Assembly: GCF_018350175.1 (NCBI RefSeq)
Contig: NC_058368.1
Coordinates: forward strand, 228,472,001 to 228,536,000
Origin: Felis catus
Lineage: Eukaryota
Length of the DNA stretch: 64,000 nucleotides
Reading direction: 5' to 3'
Below, one piece after another: positions 51,549 to 64,000 of this stretch (positions are counted from its first letter, which is position 1; each line of letters starts with the position of its first letter). A program made the position numbers and the translations under genes. The notes under the pieces were generated by a model. That model was not told where the DNA came from. It saw only the letters and a program-made list of their open reading frames with translations, and did no database searches.

Positions 51549-54090
51549 CACAGGAGGTAATTTCTGAAGCATATCTTTTTGTGAGTTTTCCACGTACCCA
51601 TAGTTTTGTTTCTTCTCTCACATTGTCCCTCTTGACTGTGATGCTGACATCATATCTGTGTATATCCTTTGTATGTTCTAAGGGCTTAAATATTTGGTCA
51701 TTAGGCTGGTAATATTAGTAATCAAAATAGGTGACAAAGTAAAATCTGATGAATTGTATGGCTTATTCTCAATAAAACAAACTGCAAAGATATCATAAAA
51801 AACATATCATTACTCAGGAAACAGATGGTCTGGATGAGTGCTTTTAGTTTATTTACATACTATTCATCCTAAATTTGAAACCATCCTACCTTGTTGATAT
51901 ATATAAAGCCAATAAAGTACTGACCACTTTGTCCTTTCAATAATACACCTTCTCCTATTGAGATACTTTACAGCCAGCATAAAGATACTGACCTGGCTGA
52001 AATGTATTTTGGGAAGTGTATATACCACAGCAATTTTTCTTCTTCCAGCATGGAGCATAGTGGGGAACAAGTGGGTTACACAAATTAGAAGTCCATTATG
52101 TACACCTACTTGCATTCCAATGAAGATTTTCTGAATTTAGTTTTTCAGATAATTTATTGTTTTTCTGGGAGACCATAATACTTTCATATAATTGCATTCA
52201 AGAATATTCATTTTTTTTCAAGTCAACAAAGAAACCATTAAAACTCAAACAAAAATATTCTACGAAGAGCTATAAGTGGAAATGATCTTTCTTTTTGCCA
52301 GGTGTCTGGGAAAGGAGTTTACATTTTGCCTGAGGCCAATCCTTTTCTAATGTCTTCTTAATATCTTTGAAACTTACATCAATGCAGAAACGAATAAACT
52401 GATAAAGTTATTCTAAACACCGAGGTCTCATTTCCACCGAAACTTGTTTTTCTTTCTTACGGGAAATTTATTCAATCTGAGCTTCTTTCTTGGGTGAATC
52501 TTGTTGGGCTGGTCACACCCAAAATTCAGCCCGAATGTCATCTCTGCAAAACTTTTGGGGATGCTCTCAGCAGAATCCCATGTCTCTCTCCTCTGTTCCC
52601 TGCTTGTCCTCTGTCATAGCATCATCACCAGCGGCTACCAGGTTCCACATGTATCCATGTTTTCATTTGGGTCAGTGGTTCTCAAGGGTGAAAACATGTC
52701 AGTACCACCTGAAGAGCTTTTCAAATACCTGCTCCATCTGGGATCCAAACACAGGAAGAGCTAAATCGTGTTCCAAACCGAGCAGACTCCTCTTGGTTCC
52801 TCAGTGTTGGACCCTGGGGTATTTGGTCAGAATCTGGGGAGGGCAGGATGCCATTCTCTGCCAAGATTTTCAGATGGATCCTTTCATCTCTCTTCCCCTA
52901 TCCTTTGCCTATCTTGTGGTCCAGCTCCGCTAGAGGAGACAGTGGATGTTTGTCTGAACATGAAAAATTTACCAATTATGCATTTCACAGACACATCTGA
53001 GGGGGTGGGTATAAGATAAGAAGTCTTGGTTGAAAAGATATTTTAGTAGAAAAAATAAATTTAAAAATGCAGATAGTTTTTATTGAACACATGTGAAATG
53101 TGCTAGATAGTTTGTTCATTTAATTTAATTCCCCCCATAACTCCAAGAAGCATGTATTATTATCCTGACTTGAAGGATGAATAAATGTCCTCAGAGAAAT
53201 TGAGCAGATTGCTTGAGATCATACACTAGTAAGTAACAGAATGGGGATGAGGCAAGTCTTTTGGCTCATACACAGCCTTCCTTTTAATGTTTATTTTTAG
53301 TGCCCAAGTTTTTATGTCGTTATTTTTGTTATATATTATTTTTTCATATTATTTATTATTATATTATTTATGTTAATATGAATTATTTAAATCATATAAG
53401 TGATGTAAATACATAAATATGAATATAAATAGTAGCAAAGTGTGTTAATATTAACATATTAATACTATTTTTAATGTTTGAACCAAGTTGGGCAAAAAAA
53501 ATTAATACCCATTTCAATCCAGAATGACAATGTCTAAATGGAAGTGTGAACTTTATTATGCTTATGAAGTACCCAGGCCAAATCTGAGTCTGCTGGTATC
53601 ATGTGGTGATTTTTAAAAAGTCAATTGGTTTAGTGTGAACCCGCAGCTGGTGTGTGTCTCCTTATACATGTGCATGTGTGTGCATGGGTGTGTGTGCACG
53701 TGTACTGATGGTGTGGGGTGAGGGTGTCTGGTTCTTCTTTGTGGTCCTTGCTCAGGATCTGATGTGAGCAGCAGATACCTGTGTCCTTCTGAGATTAGTT
53801 TCACTCATGCTCTCAAATTTATCCCTTTAGTTTAAGGTGTTGGTATTGTAACTGGGGTGTGTTTACCACTTCGGGGTGCCAGTCATATGCCTGGGATGGA
53901 GAAGGTTGTATCTAGACTGGGCACATCTATCAGAGATTTGTTGAAACCAGCATGCTAAATTATGGATCGTCAGGTGAAGTAGGTGGTGGGCACAACAGAG
54001 TTACATTCATAGGTGTGTGCACGTGTATGTAGTGTTGGATAAGGACTAGATTGGAGTCAGAGGATCCTTGTACATAATTAAGCATCAAGC

Positions 54091-54305
54091 GGGGCGCCTG
54101 GGTGGCTCAGTCGGTTAAGCGTCCGACTTCGGCTCAGGTCACGATCTCACGGTCCGTGAGTTCGAGCCCCGCGTCGGGCTCTGTGCTGACCGCTCAGAGC
54201 CTGGAGCCTGTTTCAGATTCTGCGTCTCCCTCTCTCTCTGACCCTCCCCCGTTCATGCTCTGTCTCTCTCTGTCTCAAAAATAAAAAAAAAACGTTAAAA
54301 AAAAA
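54091..54305 (+). mobile_element. Can-SINE (SINEC_Fc type), very young copy
   Basis: Near-consensus, CpG-rich; TSD AAGCATCAAG. Confidence 0.95.
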
Positions 54306-55368
54306 GCATCAAGTAAGACATCACATCAAGAATGTCTACATCTTTATAATGACTGCTCATAACATGGATCTCATTTGTCGGTGTTAGTCCCTCTGAAGAA
54401 TATGGAGATTCTGTGGGGAAATAAAATGGAAGATCCCTGAAAAGGAAAGGGAGAGTGCTGCGGACGAGTGTTTCAAGCTATCTGAAGAACCAGTTATTTT
54501 TCCCCTAATTGTTGCAGACCAATGCTTGTGTGGTTCATATCAGATGCGACAGTAACAAACTGGCTTGCACCCTGTTCAGTAAGATTGTGTACAAGGATGA
54601 TGCACTTGAATATCAGGCATTGTCAAATTGCTATACAAGTGTCTAAATGCCCACTTCCAATTTCTGTGCTTATCTCATCGAGAGATAGGTAAAGTCAGCA
54701 GACCGGTGCCAGTCTACGGACCACGCTTTAAGTAACGATGCTGCAGACGAGCCTTATCTACTGCACAGCCCCACCCACGGCCCACACTGCCAGTAGATGG
54801 TATGAGGATGTAGACACGCTTGATAACAATGCCATAGGTAATGTTTATATATGCACATGGCTATTCTAACTCCATGATAGTCCTTTTACTGCACTGTATT
54901 GTTCGAGTGGTAATGACCTCTTGACTACTTTATTTCTTAGTGCATAGATACAGTAAGGAAAATATCTTTTCTGGCTTGAAGTATGACTCCCTTGTGTAGA
55001 AATACACAAATATCATAGCTGCAACAGCCGTTGGGATCATCACCTATATCTGTATATATCACAGTCAGTAGTCTGGGCAACTTGCAAAAATGAGAAGAAT
55101 GGCAGTTACTTCTGGGGACAAAAACCATGGCTGGTGACAGAGAATGAGAAGATGGTGCTGCTGAGGCAGAAAATTTGGGAGAAAGAATAGAAATGTTTAA
55201 AAAAAGGGCTATAAAATTGTGTTCTTTTTCCCATTTTCCTACAAAAGCATCTTCTTCCTATTTGAGTTTTTTGGAGTTTGATTTATTTTTAGAATTTTTC
55301 AAGTGCTCACTCCTGGAGACACTTACTTCAACTTGAGGGATGAAAGGTGTTGGCAGAGAACAGAGGTG

Positions 55369-55371
<3 letters not shown>

Positions 55372-55416
<45 letters not shown>

Positions 55417-55571
55417 AGGGAGGGAGGGAGGGAGGGAGGGAGGGAGGGAGAATCTTAAGCCAGCTATATGCTTAGTGTGGAGCTTGATGTGGGGCTCCAT
55501 CCCATGACTCTGGGATCGTGACCTGAGCTGAAATCAAGAGTCTGATGCTCAACTGAGCCTCTAGGCACCCC
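55372..55571 (-). mobile_element. Can-SINE lacking its A tail
   Basis: Head and (GA)n/(GGGA)n present; no poly(T) on the + strand side. Confidence 0.85.
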
Positions 55572-57009
55572 TACCCTCTGTTATTTTTCTGTTTATGGAA
55601 AGTATATTGAGGAGGTTGTTGGACCTCTTGGTTTTAGCATTTTATGTCAGAAGTAAATGCCTATGGTATGATTACATTGAGTGGATTGATTGGGGATTAA
55701 GTTTTGGTGCAGAAAATATTCAAGTTGAGGCAGCAGGGTTAGCTATTAAGGTAAACATTTGCTCTACAGTGTGATACCATGATAGCTTCAAAGCGTGTTC
55801 TACAGCCAAGCCTCTGACTGCTAAGCAAATTCTCTCCTTGATCTGGAGGCAGGGTATACATATAGTCTGTAGGCTGTTCTACCTCTTACTTCTCCCAGTC
55901 CAGTAATTTTAACATCTGTGTGTACTTTGTAAGACAAGCCTGGAAACAAGATAAGGAAAAATTAGAAATGGCAACACTGCTTCTTTCAGGAAATATTTCT
56001 TGGCAATAAGTGGTCACGAACTGCAACTTTTTTTGGTTGATGTTGTGAAACTACATGAAAGATGAAAAATCCCAGTGCTCCAAGTAACTATCATTTGGTT
56101 AAGCGTGGATTCTAAGGAGAGAGGACATGAAAGATGAAACAGAAGATTCTCTAAAATGTGGTGAGTTTTCAAAATTTAGACCATCATTTGAAAATTGATC
56201 TCCTTTTTTTTTTTTGATGAGCATATCACTTAAAAATATTTATTCCATTTTTATTTGAGGCACCTGGAGAATCAAGAGCCTTGAACAGAGGTGACAGTTT
56301 TACATTTGGTAGCCTTGAGCACAACTGGGTACAGTCTGTGCCCTGGAAAGTGTAGTGTGCAAATACTGAATGCACGTAACAGAGACTCACGGTGGATGCC
56401 CCACCAAGGACCAGCAAGAAATGAGATGTAGATGAGATGGAAAAGTAGGGAGAGGACACATTTGCACATTTGTGGAGAATTCACTATTCTGAATTTGAGG
56501 CATTGTGGCAAATCCACTAAGCTGCGTGTTGCCCTGGAACACTCCTCATCCCTTGAGAGTGATAGAAAAAGGCTGTTAGTCTCAAAATATTTCCTTGGCT
56601 TCTTTTGTTGGCAGTTACCATATTTCATTCAATCTGAGATGCCATCAATTATAAGGGAGAGCTTATTTTATTTCCACTGAGAAAGAAAAAAAACCCACTT
56701 CCGATTAAACTGTGACACAATCATGACTTCTCATTGAGATTTTCTATTTTATGCTTTTTGCAAGAGGTTTTTTTATACTTTAATTAATTGGTCACACCAG
56801 CCTCTCATTACCTTGAAATATCTTTTTATCCATTCTAGGGGCGAGGCCATTTGTCCCGCTCTCAGTGGCGGTGTTTGGTATGTGTTGGGCAGTCCCAACA
56901 TCAGTAATTTGTGCCTATCTCAGTAATAAGATTTTAACAAAGCTTTATCTTCCCTTGGATTCTATCCTCCCTTAGTTTCCATAAAACTTTTTTTCCAAGG
57001 AAATATATC

Positions 57010-57750
57010 TCAGTATAAATCCAAAGGAAACAAAATCACTCTCCTGAAGAGATATTTGCACCTCCATATTCACTGAAGCAGTATTTACATTAGCCAAGAT
57101 ATGGAAACAACCTCAGTGTCCATCAATGGGTGAATGGATAAAGAAAATGTGATGTATATGTAATATCTATCTGTTATCTATATGTCTGTCTGTCTATCTA
57201 TCATCTTTATGTGTGTGTGATACATATATGATACATACCCACACACAGTGGAATACTATTCAGCAATTAAAAATAAGGAAATCTTACTATTTGCAACAAC
57301 ATGGATGATTCTTGAGGGTATTATGCTAAGTGAAATAAGTCAGACAGAGGAAGACAAATGCTACATGAACTCACATATACGTGGGATCTAAAAAAACCAA
57401 ACTCCTAGAAACGGAGATCAGATTTGTGGCTGTCAGAGGTAGGAGGTGTGGGGTGGTGAAAAAAAATGGGTGGAGGTGGTCAAAAGGTACAAACTTCCAC
57501 AATATAAATACATTCTGGAGGTCTAATATACAACATGATTATTATGGTTAACAATACCATTTTGTACATCTGAGAGTTGCTAGGAGAGTATATCTTAAAA
57601 GTCCTCATCACAAGGAAAATAATTGGTAAATATGTGAGTTGATGGATATTAACTAAATATATTTGGTAATCATTTAACAATATGTAAATATATTAAATCA
57701 TTATTTTAAACTTATGAAATGTTATACACCAATTATGTCTTAATGAAACT
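57010..57750 (+). mobile_element. L1MA-like 3' end
   Basis: ORF2 C-terminal region atatggaaacaacctcagtgtccatcaatgggtgaatggataaagaaaatgtg and 3' UTR. Confidence 0.85.
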
Positions 57751-57775
57751 GGAAAATATAAGAAAAAGAAATTAT

Positions 57776-57985
57776 GGGGGCGCCTGGGTGGCTCAGTCGG
57801 TTAAGCGGCCGACTTCGGCTCAGGTCATGATCTCGCAGTCCATGAGTTCGAGCCCCGCGTCAGGCTCTGGTGCTGACAGCTCAGAGCCTGGAGCCTATTT
57901 CAGATTCTGTGTCTCCCTCTCTCTGACCCTCCCCCGTTCATGCTCTGTCTCTGTCTCAAAAATAAATAAACGTAAAAAAAAAAAG
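57776..57985 (+). mobile_element. Can-SINE (SINEC_Fc type)
   Basis: Near-consensus; TSD AAAAAGAAATTATG. Confidence 0.95.
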
Positions 57986-59858
57986 AAATTATGAAATTGT
58001 AGTCATTCCTCCATCAATTTCACTACCACCAATTGTATGCCTTACTGTTCTATTTCTATGCCTTTCGCTTAAATAGTAAATTTGTGATTCAATGCTGAAT
58101 CACAGTGCAATATTTTAGAATATGTTTTCAATGCATACAAAACACACAGTATTAGTAAAATGAAGAGACTCAGTTAAGTTGACAATTGAACCACTCTGAT
58201 CCATGGTAAAGCATTCACAGACAATACCAACTGTTGCATTGCCAACAGCAACAGGAAAGAACCCAACTGTGAGACATGTCCGGCTATCAAAGAGGTTCAA
58301 ATATTAAAGAAGCATATTTTAGAATTGAGGAACATGATTGAGTGAAGTCAGTGGGACCCTAATATAGCTACTGTGTGTACCAAATATATGTATAATCAGC
58401 TGTGACTATATTTTAAGAACCGATTCAGTAATACATTATACAACTAAAGGACGTGAGTATCAAATCAAGTGAATTCAGGCAAGAACTGAACCAGAAGGAT
58501 GGCTGATATGGTTTGCTGTGCTGTATATTTTCAGATTTCTTAATTCTTTATGTGAGATAAGCTTTACTCAAAAGGACATTTTTGCTTTGCTTCTGCTTAT
58601 TTGTATGTGGTAATCTTTATCCATATTAAGATGAGTGGCAAAACAAAACCATTTTGAATCATTCCATTTGTGTAATAAAAATAATATATTTCTACAAAGA
58701 TTGGAAATGCAACAAAGCCCAAAAAAGGTAAAAACAAAATTATTTTCAATGTTACCATCCAGTAATAAGCAGCCTCTGCCACCTAATGATAAAGGACATT
58801 GAACACATATTTTGCATAAGACACTTGTTCTATGTCTTGCGGATTTTCTAATGAATGAAACCTTATTCTTGGTTCCAGTGGAAGTTGTTGGGTAGGGAAT
58901 AGAAGAATGTCCCAAATAACTACACCAGATAACTTGTGCTGAATGTCATGAGGGAGGTAATGGAGTTTACATAAGATTGGAGGCAGTTCAGTGAGAAAGC
59001 ATTCTGTGGAGGAGGTGATTTTGGTATAAATCTTCATGGGTAGGGTGTTCAGGTAAATATGAAGGAAGCAGGCATTTCAGAAGGAGGGAGATATTAATCA
59101 ACAATCAAACAAGAAATTCAGTTAGATTATGATCATAAATGCTCCAGTTTTTCCTGGGCATGTGGTAGGATTCTGCATACCCTAGAAGTTGGGTGTGGTC
59201 ATGTGATGGATTTATACAAGTGAAATTTTAAGGGAACAGCCTGATTCCCCACATTCTTCCCTAGTGATGTTTGCAATGGTGATTGTTCTGTTGGCCTATG
59301 TTCCTGGTTGTTTATGATCAGTGGAGACTCTTGACCAATCCACAGTGGACATGATAAGAGAAAGAGAAAAAAAGCTTATCTGATTTAATCCACTGAGATT
59401 TTGGGGGGTTGTTTATCACTGCAACCTAACCTAACATATCCAGACCATTACATCTGGATATAGAACATGTGAAGACAAAGAATAAGAGATAAGGTAAACA
59501 ATTTACGGTGGAATCATTCAATGCTTGAATAGCATAAAAATATGTGGACATCTGGATTTTACATTATAAATAGTATACAGCCATTAGTATTTTGGTTGTT
59601 TGTTTGTTTTTAATAGGAAGATGGGATTGTCTGGTCTACATATTAGGAGGATTTGTTTTGCAGTGTTCTGTAGAGTGAGTTGGAGGAAGTACAATAACCA
59701 AGTGAGGACATTAAACAGGAGACCGCTGTTGTAGCCAAAGTGAGGGCATGAGTTTTAACTAGGGTTGCAACAATGGGAAGAGAGGGTAAGAGATCTTGTA
59801 GAAACAATACAAAGGTCAAGATGAAGAGATTTGTACACAAGGGATCATCACATGACCC

Positions 59859-60263
59859 TGTTGTCATTCATTGAATTGTGTCCCCTCAAAATAGATCTGT
59901 GCGAATCCTAACTCCTCATACCTTTGAATGTAACTTTATTTGGAAATAAGGTCTCTACAGAGGGAATCAATTTAAAATGATGTCATTGGGGTGTGTCCTC
60001 CTCCAATATGACTGGTGTCCTTATAAAAAGAGGAGATTTGACCTCGAGTCAGACATACGCAGAGGGAAGATGATGTGCAGAGCCAGAGAGAAGATGGTTT
60101 TCTGCAAGCCAAAGAGAGATGTTTCCCTCCAGTCTTCAGAAGGGACCAATCATGGGACACCTGAATTGTAGTCTTCTGGCTTCCAGAAATATAAGATCAT
60201 AAATTTCTGTTCAAGCCACCCAGTTTATGGTATTTTGTTACGGCAGCCCTAGCAAACTAATAT
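59859..60263 (+). mobile_element. MLT1 solo LTR
   Basis: ttgaattgtgtcccctcaaaa...ggtgtccttataaaaagagg...tgttacggcagccctagcaaactaata. Confidence 0.88.
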
Positions 60264-62429
60264 AACTATTAAAGTGTTTTTAAATGTTAACCTCTTTCAT
60301 CTTTAAAGATTTCAGACTTCCCCTTTCCCCTTATATATACTTCCATTATTGTCTAAATTAAATCAGAAGCATGGGAGTAACTTTCTGCTCCTCAGTGTAT
60401 AGACAGAGTTCATCATTCCAACCAATTGACTTTTGTGGAAATTTGCATTTTATCCTTTACTGATCGTCTCCTTTCTCATTTTAGAAAGGTCGTAAAGCTT
60501 AACATATTTGTTTTTGCAAACAAAAGCTCTACCTTGAAAGATGGAATAAGAAGGTTACATTTTTAAAACTCCAGACAGCCCAGAATTCTGCTTAATTGAA
60601 AAAAGCCCTTCGTTGTGATGAATACAGTCTTTACTTTAATATCTAGCTTCATTGAAATCTCTTACAATCAGTGATTGAGTTAAAGGCATCAAGGTAAAAA
60701 AGCCTGACAGGCCTTCACATATTTCCTACCTAATAGTAATGGCCTCTGCATTAGAGATTTTTACTTGCTATTTTCTAAATTCTAGAATGCAGAAGGTGAT
60801 GTGAGAAAATCTTTATAGAAATACAGGGTTCTAGGTCACTGATATTCATAAACTCGCATACACTAAATTTTAATGCCCAACAGCTGATAGACTATTGCCT
60901 TGTGAAATATTTATTATTTAACCACACTTTGAAGGTCCTACACTGGGAACCTATAAATCATTTTCTTTGTAATCTTAATTTGGTCCTGGAAAATTCAATC
61001 TCTTTTATTTTATAATATGGCTATTGAATCAAACTGGAATATAGAAGTTGGTTCTGTAAATTCTCCAATTAAGATTTTATCCAAGCCTTGCTTCACTAAC
61101 TCATGCATTTCACTCATTCATAGTATGGATACAAAACCTTAGTTTTAAAATGCTTATCTGGATTCACATTATAAGATTTTTGGATATGTACTGGTTTTAT
61201 TCAAAGAACGAATTGAAAGATAGCCTTGAGAGAACTGAAATTTACATAGTAAGCTATGTTTTAATTTCTCGGCCAATGCTATTGGCAATGATTAAAAGTG
61301 AGTCCCAAATTATGATACCCCTGAAAATTAGGTACAGTAAAATCTGGCCTAACAATTCTTGACATATAAGATTTAGTAAGTATAACATGTTTACCAAAAT
61401 CACACTCACAAGATATTTTAAATTTATGTATTTGTTTACCCAGAATCTTGTTATGAGGGTGTTTGACATAGAAGATGGACTGAAGGATAACATCATTCAC
61501 GAATCAAACATTTAATGGGGCCCTATGAATAAAGCAATATTTTAAATACTATGGACTCAGAGACAAAAAAGGCAATGCCACTGGCACATTGTTCCAGGAG
61601 GTATATGTGTGAATGAATAATAAAGATATATTGTAATACACATAAGCACACACGTTTAGTAAATGCTTGGGTCTGGTGTGTCTGAATAGTTTTAAGTTTA
61701 CATTTGATTTACCTTCTAAGAACTATTAGATCAATTCGATCAGAACATCTGGAAGGATATTCTAGGCAAAGAAACAGCTTAAGACAAAAGTCTAAAGTGT
61801 AGAAGCACGGGGACAATCTGAGGCCCAGCACACATCAGACATGGTTAGAGAAAGAACTGGTTGTATGAGGGACACACGTATAGCTAAAAGTTGGTTTGCA
61901 TGGTTTTTGCACGGGCACTTCATCCAAACAACAGGGAACTGGAGGATTATAAAGCTGATGAAAAATGGAAATTGAATTCAACAGACTGACTCCGCCAGCA
62001 CGTGATTCTAGAGAAAAGCAAACATGGAGGTCATGTTGAGCATGCATAATTACATCATTCCAGTTCTGCCTCTGCAACTGATTATTTGGGTCATCTTTGC
62101 CAATTCATTCACTCTCCAGGCACATATCAAATGAAATGGCTCACTCAGAGGCTCTCTAAGCCTATTTACAGCTTAAAATACAAGCTGGAGATCTGACACG
62201 ACCACTTTGGTTGTCACTTGATGCTAGAATCCATTTGCACTTTATCAAATGCACACATATGTCATTGTCAGTGACACCAACTAGAAAGCAATGATGAGTA
62301 CAGATATTTGATACACATTCTGATATTTTTTTCTTGGCATCTAAAAGGCCTTGAGGTATTTATTTAAACCCCTCTTACAGTAACGAACATTCAGCATACA
62401 TTTTTAGATATACTTAGCACCACATGAAT

Positions 62430-63110
62430 GTTTTGCTTTGTGAGACTTTTCCACCTTAGGAGTTCTATGGCCTCAGGGTAGGAACTAGGAACCCATTTCC
62501 TCACTTCCTTTGCATCTGGAGTTTAACACATGACCTGGACTCCATCATTCAGATGCATCTGCCCAAATTTCATTTTAGAAGAGAGCGAGCTGAAGGAGGC
62601 ATCCATGTGGTGGCGACGTCTATCTTTACAAAGCAGCAATTAGATGGACCCTGGCAGACGAATTCCTCAGCCAGCATCACTGGTACAAGCTCAAGAGCTG
62701 GCATCTTTTTTTTTTTTTTTTTTGAGAGAAAGAAAGAAAGCATGAGTGGGGGAAGGGCAGAGAGAGAGGGAGACACAGAATCTGAAGCAGGCTCCAGGCT
62801 CTGAGCCGTCAGCACAAAGCCCGATGTGGGGATCGAACTCACAGACTGTGAGATCATGACCTGAGCCGAAGTCAGACACTTAATCGACCCAGCCACCCAG
62901 GCGCCACTCAAGAACTGGCGTCTTTGGTGGGAGCAACTGGGCTCTACTGTAGCCCCTGACGGTGTGACTTGGGCCTTAAGCTAGCTGTACAGTTTCCAAG
63001 TGCAGTTCTTGACCCTCCTGGAAAGTCTGTGAGCTATCTCTATTGCTTAGTAAGTTTATTTCTGCTTCAACTAACAAGAGGGAATTCTCGTATTTACATC
63101 CAAGAATTCT
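62430..63110 (+). mobile_element. Old LTR (ERVL LTR33/LTR16-like or MaLR) interrupted by a SINE
   Basis: cccatttcctcacttcctttgcatctgg...catgacctggac and terminal taataag-like tttctgcttcaactaacaagag; family uncertain. Confidence 0.5.
62706..62906 (-). mobile_element. Can-SINE
   Basis: Typical body; TSD TCAAGA(G/A)CTGGC(A/G)TCTTT. Confidence 0.94.
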
Positions 63111-64000
63111 TTCTGATTCAGCAATCTGACTCCTTTATCTTTTGACAAACTTTTTCTGCTAGAGGAGTGGAGCTTTCTATCATGATCCATGACAGAATGC
63201 CATTTCTCTTGGAATAAATAAGAAAAATTTTCCCCAGCGATCTCTTGATGATGCCCAAGGTGGCCAATGTCCAAATAAACTACCTCAGGACTAAGCAGTG
63301 AGTCAGTCTGGTGCTGTTGGGTCTTCTCTCTGCCATCTCCAAAATCTGATGTAAAAAATGGGTCTAAGAAAACAGCTGCTGACACTTATAATCTCTTGAT
63401 AGAGAGATTGAGTGATAGAAGAGATAAGGAAGAGAAGGATCAGAAAGAATAGAAAGAAAGTGGATCTGTAATGAGAACAAAAGTCAAAACTGGTTGGAGG
63501 AGAGGAAGGTGAAAGAAAGTATAATTGTCTGCCTGGGACTTTGGAACAGGATGGATTCTGTATGCTTAAATACATCCCAAGTATTTAAGTGCCATCCCAA
63601 GTGCCACCGTGCCTTAAATTGTACCATTCAGTTATAATTTATTTTGATGAATTATGGCTCTCTTCAGTTGTCTCTTCTACACTGGATATGTCAAGCCCAG
63701 GTAACCTACCAAGTCATTAACAACTCCAGGAGACAATGAGCCAGAGAGTCTTGAGATTCCCATTGCCTGGCACGCATCTTTCCTTTGCTGCCCTCACCTT
63801 TTGCCAATTGCACCCTGCATCCTGTCCCAGCTGTCACTCCCCTTTTCCCGAAAAATCACTCTACCTATAATCCCCCACTCTATTTTCACAAGCTTTCACA
63901 AAGATTATTTCTAAAGATTCACAGAGTCGCATTCTCCATGTGACTGTAATGGGGATTTGCTTCCCCAAGGGTATGAAATCTCTAGATGGGGAGACCATTG

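Noticed and set aside
52490..52933. 147-aa ORF
   Set aside because: Non-ATG start, Ser/Cys-rich random composition, overlaps a MER5-like fragment; no homology recognised.
1..64000. Prokaryote-style systems (CRISPR arrays, operons, defence islands)
   Set aside because: The sequence is mammalian; there are no repeat-spacer arrays or dense ORF clusters.

Overview
AT-rich, repeat-dense mammalian DNA, almost certainly felid (19 tRNA-derived Can-SINEs, mostly of the felid SINEC_Fc type). I could not support any host protein-coding exon, RNA gene or CRISPR-like array; the window looks intronic or intergenic, and nearly all ORFs in the track are repeat-derived noise. The main element is a young gammaretrovirus-like ERV remnant on the minus strand (21641-23820). 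It has a complete 3' LTR and PPT, and its RNase H-integrase region is joined by a large internal deletion at an A21 tract directly to the env TM C-terminus. The whole 5' part is missing, ending at a sharp junction with a short inverted repeat. Near it are a 13-unit telomere-variant array inside a MIR, unusually CpG-rich flanks and a 99-bp diverged direct repeat. An ancient two-LTR ERV-L provirus (LTR16-type, about 33325-38500) retains recognisable integrase and dUTPase remnants and carries a nested MER44. A Tigger-type MITE nested in a carnivoran L1 suggests late DNA-transposon activity. Repeat family names are from recalled consensus sequences, not a database search. I found no convincing novel biological system.
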